The position numbers were made by a program, and so were the translations under genes. The notes beneath the pieces are model-generated. The model made no database searches. It was not told the origin of the DNA and was given only the letters and a program-made list of their open reading frames with translations. Below, piece by piece: positions 11,775 through 24,900 of a stretch of 64,000 nucleotides of DNA; positions within the stretch are counted from its first letter, which is position 1; every line of letters begins with the position of its first letter. The DNA lies in the NCBI GenBank assembly GCA_964035545.1, contig OZ037765.1, positions 26,101,504 to 26,165,503 on the forward strand. Direction: 5' to 3'. Source of the DNA: Bugula neritina (taxonomy: Eukaryota > Animalia > Bryozoa).

Positions 11775-14700
11775 ATGGCCTATCAAAGTAATATCAGAAA
11801 GTCAATATTACAAGCTGTGCTGCTGGGAGTGTTGGTAGCTTGGATACAGGCCTGTCCAGAAAAGTGCATCTGCTATAATTACAAAAATAGCCATTACTCG
11901 CAAAAAAGTGTTTCTACAGCTGGCAGGTTGGATTCATATTTTATATCGTTATGAATGATCTAACGCTTAATTACTTGAACATGATTATATTTTCACTTGA
12001 AATGCATAGTAAGACACTGGCGGTAACATCGAATTTCTAACTTGAGTATAATATAACTATCTAGGTTTTATTGGATGGTTATGAGAAGCAAGCAAATAAA
12101 TCCTAAAGAACAAATACCACAGAACACACACAAATCCATGCATTGCTTTGGCCTCACAAAGATGCCACCCATATTGCCCTCTGGTATGTATGCATGATTT
12201 CTTAAACAAGTTAAGAGTTTATAAGATTTATTGGTGCTTTCTTGCTCATGTTTTACCTTAGGATACATGCATATGGGTATGTATGATTATAGCAAAATAA
12301 CAAAAATTCTCACATTGATAAACACTATGCCTCTTGCAACTGTTATAATAAAACAATTTAATTTACATGCTAATGTTTTTCATTGTGTCTTTTGAGTTTT
12401 AAATATTTGCCAATTGAGCTTATTTATGATGGTGAGTGATTCACAATATTCCTAGCATTTATGTCTATCCAGCTGATATCATTGGGTAACAGTATACCTA
12501 CTATAATTAGGCATTGTAATATTTATGATTCTACAATTATTGTGTCACACTACTCATTTTTGAGCTGTCATTTACTACTTCATTGAACAAAAACAAAAAG
12601 TAAATAATCATTTGGAATCGTGTAAACAGTTTGTATCTTTTATTTCAATACTTTTACTTTTGGGTTTACTCAGCTAACGTCGCCATATAATCACAGGAAG
12701 AGTTTCTAGTCTCATGAGTTTTTATAGAGTTATTGTGTAACAATATAATTATATTATAACATAAATAAAATGTATGCCAACTCAGCAGCTATATGCCTGC
12801 TGACTATAAAAATAGCCTCACCTGTTACTAACAGATATGATGAGTCTAGGCTGCATTGTCTTGCAGCTTACAACAGTATGTCTCCATAAAGCTTGATCTG
12901 TGGTTTCCTAAACATGGTTTAACGTGCAATGGCTCATAATGCATGAAAATATAGTGAGAGTATTGAATACGGTCACCAAATTGAATTTCTAGAATATGAA
13001 CAGCTGCTTAAAAGTAGCTTGCTGTTCTGATATTTGTTTAGATTTTTATTTTCTTTAAATTATTTTTTTTGTATTATACCTGGAGATCATTTAAGGCTGC
13101 AGCTTTACGATCTACCTTAGTGTGAATTGTTAGCATATAATACTGAATGATGCAATGTAATCTTCCCAGAAATTTTATTCAATATTCCCTTAATCATTCC
13201 TTTTCCAATATTCAACAACATTTGTTATTATGTGTGGAGTGATCCCTTCCCAACTATCTTTTCCTTTTTTAAGTACTGAATCTAACATTTATATGCAGCC
13301 AGGTTTGACATAGGAATAAATAATATGGCCAACTAATAAAAATTAAAAACCAATAGCAGCTATCACTGAGCTTCAAGAGATATGGAAGCATCTACTTCTG
13401 TAGAACTTGAGCCAACTTGCAAAATTGTCCATTTTAAAAGAATTGAATAACACTTGTTTTCAGGTGTCATGAGGCTTGCAATTTATGGTGACACCCAAGA
13501 CCTAAAAGACAACCAAGCAGGTGTCTCTGGGCTACAGAGTCTAGCTGGCGTGGATCTTTTACATTACAGTCACTTAAAGCATCTCACTATAGTTAATAAC
13601 AGTTTACAGGTGAGAGTGATTTTCTATAGTCTACAGTCTATACAGTCTATTCAACATTCAGTTACAGCTTTGCATTTCTTAAAAACATAGAAACAGGCTA
13701 CTTTTTTATTCAAATATTTTTTTTAGAGTTTGCCAGCAAAGGTTTTGACAAGCATGCCAGCACTACAACATTTTTCACTGAAAAGCAATATGCTCCAGCT
13801 TTTACCACCCAACACCTTCAATAGTAAGTTATACACTATATATTAGGTTCACATTGTAAGCTGTAAGTTGTTACAGGTTTATGAATATATAATATAACAT
13901 ATATACATTTGCAAAAGATATTAAAAAGCAATAGCAAGTATATACACTGTTTTTCTTGTTGGCATGATTATATAGTTATTAAAAACATATTCATTTATAA
14001 GTTGAAAGTACATAATTAGTGTAAGTTGGCTAACTTTGTCTTTATTAATATGATTCATAAGCAACCATACTATTCTAGTAAGTATCCCAGTATAAAAGTT
14101 TCATGTATTTAGAGCAATATGTTATCATGATAATTATACTAGAGTAACAAAAGGAAACACTGCCTTTATAAGCTTATCAATTTATAAAATGGGATTCCAA
14201 CTGTGTTAAAGATGATAGCAAGTTACACACATTAGTTATAATTACCCTTCAGCTCTATTTTTAGTTCGATCTCTGTATAAAGCGCAACTTTAATTTTTTT
14301 AAATCTCACTAGTACTTTGAGTGTTCATTAGACAAAAATTGAGCTTAGATGGGTCATAAATATGAAAGAAATGTTCTTTTAATTTTGTAATTTTAGAGTT
14401 GTCGGACTTGCAGTTCATTGATTTATCACACAACAGGTTGAAGTTTTTGCCTCCACTGTCAACAACAGAATTGTGGGCATTAAAGACACTACAGCTATCT
14501 CACAATAGTTTACAAGAGCTCTACTGGTCAGACTTCTTACAAGTGCCAGCTTTGCAAGATTTAGACCTTTCTTTTAATAACATTAGTATTGTGGACCCTT
14601 CGACTTTTTTTAGTCTACACCAGCTTAGAAAACTCAGTCTAGCTTGGAACCAGCTGACTTCATATGATAGAGCGTGGCTGGAGTCAAATGCAGAAATGCT

Positions 14701-17572
14701 AAGTCTTGACTTGGCTCATAACAACATTAGGACGTTAAAAAATAGTGACTTTGAGCAACTTTCTAAACTCAAATATTTAAATTTAGCTGGAAACAAGATC
14801 TCTTCACTTTTTTCTTCGGCATTTACTGGACTGCATAGTTTAGAAACTCTCAACCTGAATGGCAATGCTCTTAGAGAAGTGAAAGTTGATACTTTTAGTA
14901 ACTTAGTATCATTGAGTCAATTGATGATGGCAAGAAATTTGTTAACATACGTAACTCCTAATGCATTTGATAAATTGACGTATCTTACCACGCTTGACAT
15001 GAGTTGGAATTTGATTTCACAAGATCTTGAAGACCTTGGACTGAGCTGTTTAAAGAATTTAACCAAACTAGACTTATCTCATAACTTAATTCCATCCATT
15101 GGTTCGTCTTCGATGCAAGATATGCAACTTCTGCGTGAGGTTTATCTGCATAATAATAGAATACAGAGAATAGGAGGAGGGGCCTTTTCTGTCTCAACAT
15201 TACCAAGTCTGTCGCAACTTGGGTGGCTGTATTTAGACAATAATTTATTAGAGCAAGTAGACGATAGGACTTTTGGCAATATACCTTTTGTTAAATATTT
15301 AGGATTAAGTAACAATCTGATTAAAACCATACACAAAAATGCTTTTAGACAGATGACAAATCTGTTGGTGTTAGATTTAGGACAAAATATGTTAAACAAT
15401 ATATCTGAGGACACTTTTGAAAAGCAAAATACTTTATTTAAATTGTCATTAGAAGGTAATAGGATTCAAAAGCTGTCTTCGGGCATTTTCACTGGATTGA
15501 ATAGGTTGGTTGACTTGTTTTTGGATAAAAACCAAATTCAAATCATTGAAAAAGGATCTTTTCATCAACTGGGCAACATAAGACAACTGTCACTTGCAAA
15601 TAACTTTCTAAGTTGGATAGATGTGTCGTGGTTTACAAGTATGTATAATCTACGCAGCTTAAATTTGTCAAGTAATAGCATTATAGAGTTGTCTCCTACT
15701 ACATCACTTGGAGCACCAATAGCTTTAGATGTCCTTGACCTTAGCAACAACCAATTGACAAGTCTTGAAGAACGTATACTGAGTTATTTTACTCCAGGTA
15801 AAGTCTGAATTCTACCTCTACCACTAACTACTTTTATTTCTTTTCCTGAAATATGCAGCTTAGAGAAGTTTTCTTCTCACTGCAATCTGATAAATGAGTT
15901 TGATGTTAGTGTATGTGTTGCAGAAGGCAAGGTGTATTTAACAAGTAATCCGTGGAAATGTGATTGTCAGCTAGCTTGGATGACAAATACTAATTATTTA
16001 CCACGACTAGTGTTTAAGAAATATGGAGAAATAGCAGCATGTAGCTACCCTCAACATTTAGCTGGAGCAGAGGTACTCTTGAGGTTACATTCCTTCCATT
16101 CATATTCTTATATATCTTGCTCAACATTAGCTATAATGTACTCACAGCTAGCAGAGTAAGGTGATGATGTAATAAAACATTTTCCTGTGTTCTTATGCTA
16201 TTATCTTTAAAGCAAAATATTTCTAATAGTGAATAAGTTAAAAAACTATATTTGCTGTGAGCAGTGGGGTTTCAACCTCTATGATACTAAACTGCTCGGC
16301 TGTCTAAGCAATGAAACCAACTTGAAAAATAAATATCCAATTTAATGTTAGTGCACATGGTCAAATGGTCAGCTGTGTATGCTGCTACAAGTCTTCACTT
16401 CACACCTAGACAAATAAAATTCAATTTAACGAGACATTATAATAGAACGTTACTGCTATATTATAATTATTTGCTAGAAATTTCTATGTATTAATTTAGA
16501 TCTCTATCCTAAACCACGAGTACCTGTGTAGTGCCAGAAAACTAAAACCTACTGCCAAGCAACTGAGTATAACACCAGCTACCTCTAGAATAACTACACC
16601 AGTAGTCTTACAGACAAGACCTCCAACTTTAATATCTCCGGCTGACATGCCAATAGGCCCTTTACCAGCAATGACGGATCTTTTATGCAATAAACAAAGA
16701 CAAGAATATCGGCTGCTGAGGTATAGTTATATTCTATGTGGTGCTGAACTCGCCAAGTGTTAAGATGATTTCAGATTTTAAATTAAACTGTTAAAAATAC
16801 TTCTTCATTGCTAAAATGAACAATAATGAGCCGGTAATTACTGTAATAATATATGTATTTCAGGAGGAAAAAACTGTTGCTCAATTGGCATGCTAGTCTG
16901 ATCGAAGAAACAACAATGAAGATAGTTTGTACTGGTGTGAAAATAGCGCAAGACTGGGTTGTTCTAGCCGCAAGTTGTACATTGGGTGAAGTAGATTCTA
17001 AATCGTGGCATAAATATAAAATAATTATTGGCTCCTTCACTAGAAACAAGGCTATTGTAAAAAACCAGTCACGAGACATCCTTCAGGTTCATATCCATCC
17101 GGAATACGATGGAAAGTATGACAGTACAAGTGACATAGCGGCAATCCAGTTACTGCCATCAACGAGCAACCGAGAGAATTTTGCAGAGTCGTTGTGCATC
17201 ATGTCCCACAATGACTTGACAGACTCAATACAAGCCTTCAGAAATGGTTTGATGTCGGCTAGTATGAAAGCAGCAACAAGACGTGCCTCTGTAAGCGTGC
17301 ACAGAGTCAAAGTAGCATCCAAACTCTGCTCTTCGGGACAGTTTATGTGCTCGAGGCTAGTTAATACCAACTCCTCTCTATTTAACTTACATCATAGTCC
17401 TGTCTATGTGAGATACGGAATCAGTGATACTGATTGGGGGTTGGCAGGCCTCACAACCATAAAATCAAGAAAGACAAGGTTAGGAGGAAGTATAATACAC
17501 AAACATATACCTCTATATGCACATGTTGGCTGGCTTGAACATGTGATGGGTAGAATCAACAGCTGGACATGA
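11775..17572 (+). CDS. Secreted leucine-rich-repeat protein fused to a C-terminal catalytically inactive trypsin-like (S1) domain, about 971 aa
   Basis: Exons 11775-11926, 12835-12875, 13464-13609, 13727-13823, 14397-15797, 15924-16072, 16500-16720, 16864-17572 are phase-compatible (2916 nt). Signal peptide + CPEKCIC (LRRNT), about 20 LxxLxLxxNxL repeats, NPWKCDC (LRRCT), Thr/Pro linker, then WHASL..CTG..DWVVLAASC..HIHPEY..DIAAIQL..LC trypsin-fold motifs. No TM segment. Confidence 0.88.
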
Positions 17573-18052
17573 TAATTTGATTTAATTAATGAAACTCAAA
17601 GCTTTATTGAGTAATTAAACATGTTGCAGCTAAAATAGAAAAAGAGGATTAAACTTATATTTTACTACAAACTTTAATAATAGTGCAAGTATTATATCTT
17701 ATACATTGTTTACATGACTTCATTCTGGATTAATATGTACATAATTTAAGTTTAAGATTGTAGAGAAATATTATTGTAGGAGAAAATAAATGTCGTTTCC
17801 CATAAATATTTGAAAAGTTCATATTCTTACTATCACATACAAGTTCTATCTTTCAAGCGCACAGGGTGGAATATTTATGGCCTTGGAACGATATAAATGT
17901 GACAAAATAATTTATTTAAGCTAAAATTAGATGTTCAAGGTCTAACACTCTAATAACAGCAAATAACTTAGAATCTTAGATGGTTCAATAAAACGGCTCA
18001 CATGTTGATATTGTCAGTTGAATAATACAAAAAACGTAGGATAGCACCATAT

Positions 18053-19543
18053 TCAATCTTCTACCAAAATATTTGCAATTGTTGCATCGAAGGATCTAAA
18101 ATATATTCATACATTATTAACTTTATTAAAGTTTTAAGTTCCTTTAATTAAAAGCAACAATGACTGGCAACTAATTGAGAAAAAAAACTCATATTAAGTA
18201 GTTGTTTCTAATTTTATCATTATTCATTGAATATAGATGAATATTAATTTCAAAATATCTCAACCATAGTTATATGCATTTAATTGTTTTAATATAAAGA
18301 ATAAATTTTAGCTCAACCTTGAGCTAAAATTTATTCTTTATATTAAAACAATTAAATGCATATAACTATGCACAAATTTCTAGCAATAGTAAGTAATTTT
18401 TTGTAATGCCCTTTACATATACATTCGCTTGATAAGTATTTGCAAGTCAACTCAAATTGACTTGCAAATACTGATGGCATTTATTGACTTAATTTGGACT
18501 CAGCATGAAAGTTTATAGCATAGACCAGTTACTTTGAACCAGCTTTGGTTACAATTTCTAATATACACTATAGGTTATTATAATAAAGCATTAGTATTAT
18601 GCGTACCAAATAATTTACCCTTAACTACCACAAATTGTCATTAGAAAAATTGTGGTAGTCAAAAGTTTTGCAACCATTACATTTCCAGTAATCTTTTCAT
18701 ACATTTAAAGTTATGGAATCGAATTGATGATGAAAATTCAATTTAATATATATCAAACAATCAAAAAGAAACACAACTCCGCAAAACTGGTATTAATAAT
18801 AACTCTTGCAATAAAAAGACACAACCAAGGTAATCTGCAACATACCTAGAAACTATAGTGTCTCCGTTAGAGTAAAATGGATTGTAGACTACGTTGACGT
18901 ATGCAGTGAGAAGACTCCGGAACATCTACAACCCAGAGAAAAGCAACATCAATTGTAGTTCAAATTACCAATATGAAATTGCACAGAATTACTCTAGGAA
19001 TAAATAAGCAAAGAACTCACTCCTCTGACATCATTATCTCGTAAGTTAACATTAGATGCTTCGGTTATAATAATGAACTTCACTTTTGTATTTGTCACAA
19101 ATCCATATCTGTAAATTGATTGCAAATATTAAACAGTACACAAACTAACAAGTAAGAAATGAGAGTAAAATTATAGCAACAGAAACAGGAAAAACAAACC
19201 CACACTTTGTAGTCTTCTGTTGGGTATAACAAGCCCAAATACAAATCTCTCATATCACTGGCAGGTCGATTGTTATTGTTGAGTCGTTCCTCAATGACAT
19301 CTAGCGAAGTGTGAACAATGTAGGTAAACTTTAGCTCATCTTCAATTGGAGAGGTTCTTACAAAAAGTGGGTAGTTCTAAAATATTATACTTAAATGTCA
19401 AGAGCAAATAATTTTAAATAAGACAAAAGTTTCAGTAAAAATATAAAAGCAATCATATGGCATGATCTACCTAAATGTGAGATTTCTTGTTTCAGAAATA
19501 TTTTACTTACATCTTTTGCAATAACTGCCACACATACAGCCAT
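18053..19543 (-). CDS. TRAPPC2L: Trafficking protein particle complex subunit 2-like, 138 aa
   Basis: Exons 19543-19511, 19376-19204, 19108-19021, 18925-18846, 18095-18053 (417 nt) give [88 protein letters not shown]. Confidence 0.95.
18265..18370. repeat. Perfect 52-bp inverted repeat with 2-nt loop
   Basis: CATAGTTATATGCATTTAATTGTTTTAATATAAAGAATAAATTTTAGCTCAA-CC-exact reverse complement, inside the last TRAPPC2L intron. Confidence 0.95.
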
Positions 19544-20219
19544 TATTAACTTCAAAAGTGGAAGCAATATACTGGAATGTCTAAAACATAACAAAGTAAA
19601 CAGTAAGAATAATGCTACACCTGAGACATGTTGGAAAATGTTTACCAAGATAAACAAATTCTTTATTGATAAATGATCTTGACCATAATAAATGGTAATC
19701 AAAAACAATTTCAACCTGCAACTTAGCTGTAAAGAGATTATATAAAAATAATCATTTAATAAAACCAACATAAGTTTAAACAAACTAGAGCTGCTTTCAA
19801 AAAAAAAACATTAATATTGTTCCAGTAAACTAATTTGGTGATTGCTAAAGTAGCTTAGATATACTAACAATACCTAACAAATAGAAAAAACATAATATCC
19901 AGAACGGCTCAGGTTTTACTCCAAAGAATATACTTCAATAAGCCTTTTAGGTTCAACTATATTGCACATGAGTTCATGTGACCCAAAATGATCCGCCATT
20001 GTTTCAAAATTTTATACCAGAAATGCTATAGACCAAACCCCTTTTAATAACAAGTTATCTCAAACAAATAATAAGTACCAAGTAAAAAATTATGTAGATT
20101 ATGGAAAATCAATATAAAAATAAACTAGCTAGCTAAAAACAATTCAGCTCTTTTTTAAAGTTATCAAAGCCTAATTTACAATTACAACATAATTACAAAT
20201 AAACAATTAAATCTTTGAT

Positions 20220-20740
20220 AGTTGTTTAAACCTAAACTCAAAGACAAACTCAAAGACTTGAGAATAAAATAATGCCAGTACCATCACCATGGCCTAGGCC
20301 TATGGCTATGCCTATCGGCCATGAACGCCCACTTGCTCTTGCCGATGGGCATGATCATCATCATGATGACAATGATCACTTGTATTTGCCTTTGCCCTTT
20401 GGTGATTGTGTAAAGCCAAATGTCAAAGATTATCATAATCATTCTAAAATATTAATATAATTATAACAACTTGAACTTGAACTTAAACTCAGTGGCCTAA
20501 ACTAAGTCTAAAGCCACATCCTCACAGTTTGAGTTTGACTTTGAGTTAGTGAGTTATACTTACAGAATTTTAGATTAGACATCATCATTATCACTATGAG
20601 CAAGCCATTGTCATTGACTATAAAGTATCAGTATGACTACTAGTACTACAGTACTACTACCAGTACTACTAGTAGTAGTACTCATACTGTAGTCGTAGAG
20701 TGTAGTAGTACTAGTAGTACTACTAGTAACTAGGAGTAGG
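20220..20740. repeat. Degenerate 6-bp/3-bp-periodic tract, predicted TRAPPC2L 5'UTR intron
   Basis: GGCCTA GGCCTA TGGCTA TGCCTA; ACTTGA ACTTGA ACTTAA; GTTTGA GTTTGA CTTTGA; long TAG/TAC runs. Confidence 0.75.
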
Positions 20741-21100
20741 TGTCAAAATCAGTAAATTAAAATGTATTGATGATAAAAAAAAATGTTATTTTTTGCAATT
20801 ACTATATAAAAACGATGATATTACATGATAATTACCACAATTATAATATAAAATTGACAATTACTGTGAAAATCTGCCACAGCTTTGGAATAGCTCAATG
20901 ATTAGGAACTAGAAAATAAAATTATTTTCTAGTTCAGTGGAACAGCTGGCAATGTATAGCCCAAGATTCTAAATGCTGAAGATAAAACTCACAAACTCGC
21001 AAATTTTCGAGAAACATAAGTCAGTGTAGTAAAGTCACCCGTAAGAGAATAGGAAAACTTTAAACAGCAGTCTAGGACAGGCAGCGTGTAACAAAACTAT

Positions 21101-21256
21101 TTAAAAGCAGCCCTTGGTTGGGGGTGATTGAGTGCAGTAGTTAGAAGTCTCAAGCTTGAAATTGGGGGTGCAAAGTTCCAACCTAAATCCCCAACTCTAA
21201 ACTCAAGAACCATAAACCATTGCACTCAGTCACTCCCAAATTGGAGCTGCTTATAA
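21101..21256. promoter_or_regulatory. Candidate bidirectional promoter of TRAPPC2L/TTC4 formed by an imperfect inverted repeat
   Basis: Lies between a minus-strand donor (GTGAGT at 20992-20987) and a plus-strand donor near 21320. Arms 21101-21167 and 21189-21256 are reverse-complement similar, and TATAAAAG sits at the right end. Confidence 0.6.
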
Positions 21257-21449
21257 AAGAATTCGCGTGTAATTGCTCGTCAATTCAGAACGTGCTTCTA
21301 GTTCTTGTTTTTTTTTGAAGTTAGATATTTTAGTAGTAGTTATTGAAATGTTTATAGTAATGGTTATATTCAGATTATAGTTCATGTCGTTAACTTATTC
21401 TTAGTTGTGTGCAATCAGCTAAACACTAAATGTCTATGACAATTACGTT

Positions 21450-21810
21450 TAACTATTACTGTATTAGTAGCTGTCTATCACTATGACTATCAGTATCACC
21501 GTCACGATCAGTATTATTGATTATTCATTTATTCACTATCAGTATCACTATGATTATTGATTATTGTTATTGTTATACTAATACTAATAGTAATACTATT
21601 ACTAGTACTTCATTAGTACTAGTAGTACTAGTAGTAGTAGTAAATAAGTAATACTACTGCTACTACTACTACTCCTACATTTAATTTTATCAATATGAGT
21701 ATGTGTACAAAATTGGTGTGTGATGCTATAGTAATATTGTAATTAACTGTACAGTTATACTTATACTAGTAGTAGTACTATTCTTATACTTACAGTAACA
21801 GATATAACAA
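21450..21810. repeat. Degenerate 6-bp/3-bp-periodic tract, predicted TTC4 5'UTR intron
   Basis: CTATCA CTATGA CTATCA GTATCA; TACTAA TACTAA TAGTAA; TAG/TAC runs. Confidence 0.75.
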
Positions 21811-21939
21811 TAGTTCTGTTAAGTTATTTGTATAGCTGGAAAGAAAATTGCTTTTCTGTAGTGAAATTAAAATAGAGAAATATATTCAATCCTCATAAAA
21901 ATAAGTTCTGAAAATATTATAGGTGAGTCCTGCAACGCA

Positions 21940-24900
21940 ATGGCCCCAAAAAGAAAAATGACTGATGAAGAAAGAGCTGTGATGGTGGCTCAAATGGACC
22001 GAGACTTGGAGGATTTTATAAGCGAGAAAATTGAGTCATATAAAGCAACACCACGGGAACCATTTGATTTTAGTAAAATGGAAAAAGTAGGTGGCAAGAA
22101 ACTATGAGCCTTTTCAGTTTGGAGTTTGGCTATAATTAATTTTTATTCTAACATAGTATCAACAGTCTAGCTCTATCCTTGCTCAACTTTAGCATTCGAC
22201 TTTTAAATCATTATTAGTTATCAAATCACAGCTGTAAACCAATGAGGGAAATATCATCAAAAGTCTTTTAAAGGGACTGTGGTGTGTATCCCTTGATTAA
22301 AAACTCAAAAAGAGTTATCTACTCTTTGAAATCATCTTCCTCAAGTGGGTTAGAGCAATACAATACTATTATTATAATATTATATATTATCAATTGTTTT
22401 CTTTAAGTTTTATGCTAGCATACTTTTTTCATCTGTAACGGTAATATTGATGTTAATCTTTACTCACAGGTTACGGTAGTTTATAATAAATACAGATCTG
22501 TAACAAAGCATATCTGGTTCTTACGAATACCTGTAAAATAGGAAGTAAACTGTTGAAAGCTTGTTTCTGCTCTTGAAATCTCAATTTTATTATAATTCAC
22601 CTGTTGTATTTTTGATGGACTATTTTGAAAGCCATCTAGTTAGTTTTTGTTCTGTTATACGTAGGAAATTGAGAATCATCCGGCTTTTATGCAAGAATGG
22701 GATCCAACTAAGCCAATGACCCCAGAACTTGAAGCACTGATTAGCCTGAAATATGAAGAGTGTGACACTCTTGTTGGTAGGGAGTGTTGATAAATGTAGA
22801 TTATAGCATATATGAAATTAGATGATGAAATTAACACTTACATCTGGGTTCACACCTTTACAACACTTTGCAGTAGCATGCTGCTCAAATAAAATGGCGT
22901 CCATAGTTTGAATGGATTATACAGGGCATGCGTGCATAAGAAATGATTTCAATTATCAAACTTTGCAACAAACTAACTCATTGTTTAAAATATACATTTA
23001 TTCTGCATGGTTTTTTTCTGTTCACATCAAACTTTTTGGCTTTTAGAAAAGGCAACAAATTATAAAGAGGATGGAAATAGAAATTTTAAAAACAGCAAAT
23101 ATCGCTGGGCAATTGATAACTACACTGTTGCCATCGAGTGCAAGTGTTCAGATCTCCAACTCAACGCTATATGCTATACCAACAGAGCTGCTGCTCAATT
23201 CAGACTAGGTTTGTAAATATTACAGTTTTTAAATGTCTGTGTTGAGTTTTTATTCAGGCTATTTACATGTACATGATTATGTACCTATTGATCAATATAA
23301 CATCTGGAGACTTCTGTGTTTATGCTTTCATTCATCTTTTATTTTATAGGTAACTATAGATCATCCTTCAGGGATGTAGTTTTTGCTAGAAAGTTTGTTC
23401 CCGATCATATGAAAGCTATCATCCGAGGTCAGTAGATTGATTGGTGAATTTACCAAAAGTATTAACAATTAGGTGCTGTTTTATTTTCTTATCTTATGCC
23501 TCTTAGATTAAAGGGCTAGTTGGAACATGGTGATCTCAAAAACCAAAAATGAGTGTTAGATATCACACACCTTTTAAAGTTTTCCACTTTGCACATACCT
23601 TGCCATATCTGACATAAAAGTCCATTTCTCATAAAATATCCCATCAAGTAACGAATAAAGAATTTTGCTATAAGCAATAATTATTTTTCTAACTATAGTA
23701 AAAGTGGCTATTAGTAGTAAGAGTGTGTATTTACTCCCATGATTTTTGAATAAGCGGTTTTTCTCTTCTAGTCTTCATGATTTAGCATACTTGTAATATG
23801 AATCTTAACACAGGATTGTTGGGGGCTATATATCAAAAATTAATCCATCATATAATATAAATATTATATAGAATTATATTAATATAAAATTTATATAAAT
23901 ATAAATATCATATATCAATGCTTTACTTTGTTTTGTACTTGGATGTTTGATGTAAGCTTTAGGCTAATTGAATAATGCTTGCTTTAGATTTTATATTCAA
24001 TTGCTTTCAGTTAATAGAAATAAGTATTATGGGTCATCCTTGAAATATCTGCACTGCAATAGTCGTACATAGAGTTAAAATTATCTTATTCTCAGCAGTT
24101 AATACAGTGTGTAAATTTTGATTTTATTTGATAAAAGATGTTGCTTTAAATTTGATTGGCACCAGGTGTTCAATGTGCTAAGAAAATAAGAAAGTATGAC
24201 ATTGCTTTACGCTGGATAGATGATGGGCTACTTATTGACTCAACCAATGAAGAGCTGCTCAAGCTTCGACATGAATCTGAAAAGTTGAAGGTACCGCCAT
24301 TTTATATACTACTTATTATTTAAACTACATCAGTTCAGATGTTTTCCAACAACTCTATAAATTATCATCTAAATAAAAGTTATTCTCAGTGCATTACACA
24401 TCATACTTTTCGGAGTTGTTTTCTCAGCTGATTTTTTAGAAATTCATAGGTTTACACACAGCTTAAAACTTTCTGCTTTTTACTAATTGTTTGATAATTA
24501 TTCACTGTATTCACCACACTATATGTCTGTCCGGAGGTTCTAGAAGTAATATCTTAGGAGATCTTTATATGTGTATAATGTGTTGTTTATATATTATATC
24601 CTAAATATTATTTCCTGTAGCTACTAAATTAAAATTGTGTTTATATCTCCTATCTCAAGTAATAATTATGTTTTTCTGTCTTTGCATAAATAAAATTACC
24701 TTTTTTTCAGAAAGAGGACGAGAAGAATGTGAGAAAGGAAAAAGCAAAGGAAAGAAAAGCAGAGCTTCAGCGCAAAGCTTTACTAGACAGTATAAAAGTA
24801 AATTGATACCTACATCATAGATATTCTTGTGTTAGTTGGTAACTTTTTTCAGTGTGTATCATGAGCAATACATATTTTAATTGAATTGCCCTAATTTCCA

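Noticed and set aside
14985-15750. Minus-strand ORFs inside the large LRR exon
   Set aside because: Antisense shadows of the LRR coding frame.
20272-20460. 62-aa ORF with PxPxP and His/Asp runs
   Set aside because: The dipeptide periodicity comes from the 6-bp tract; it is antisense within a predicted UTR intron and has no splice or homology support.
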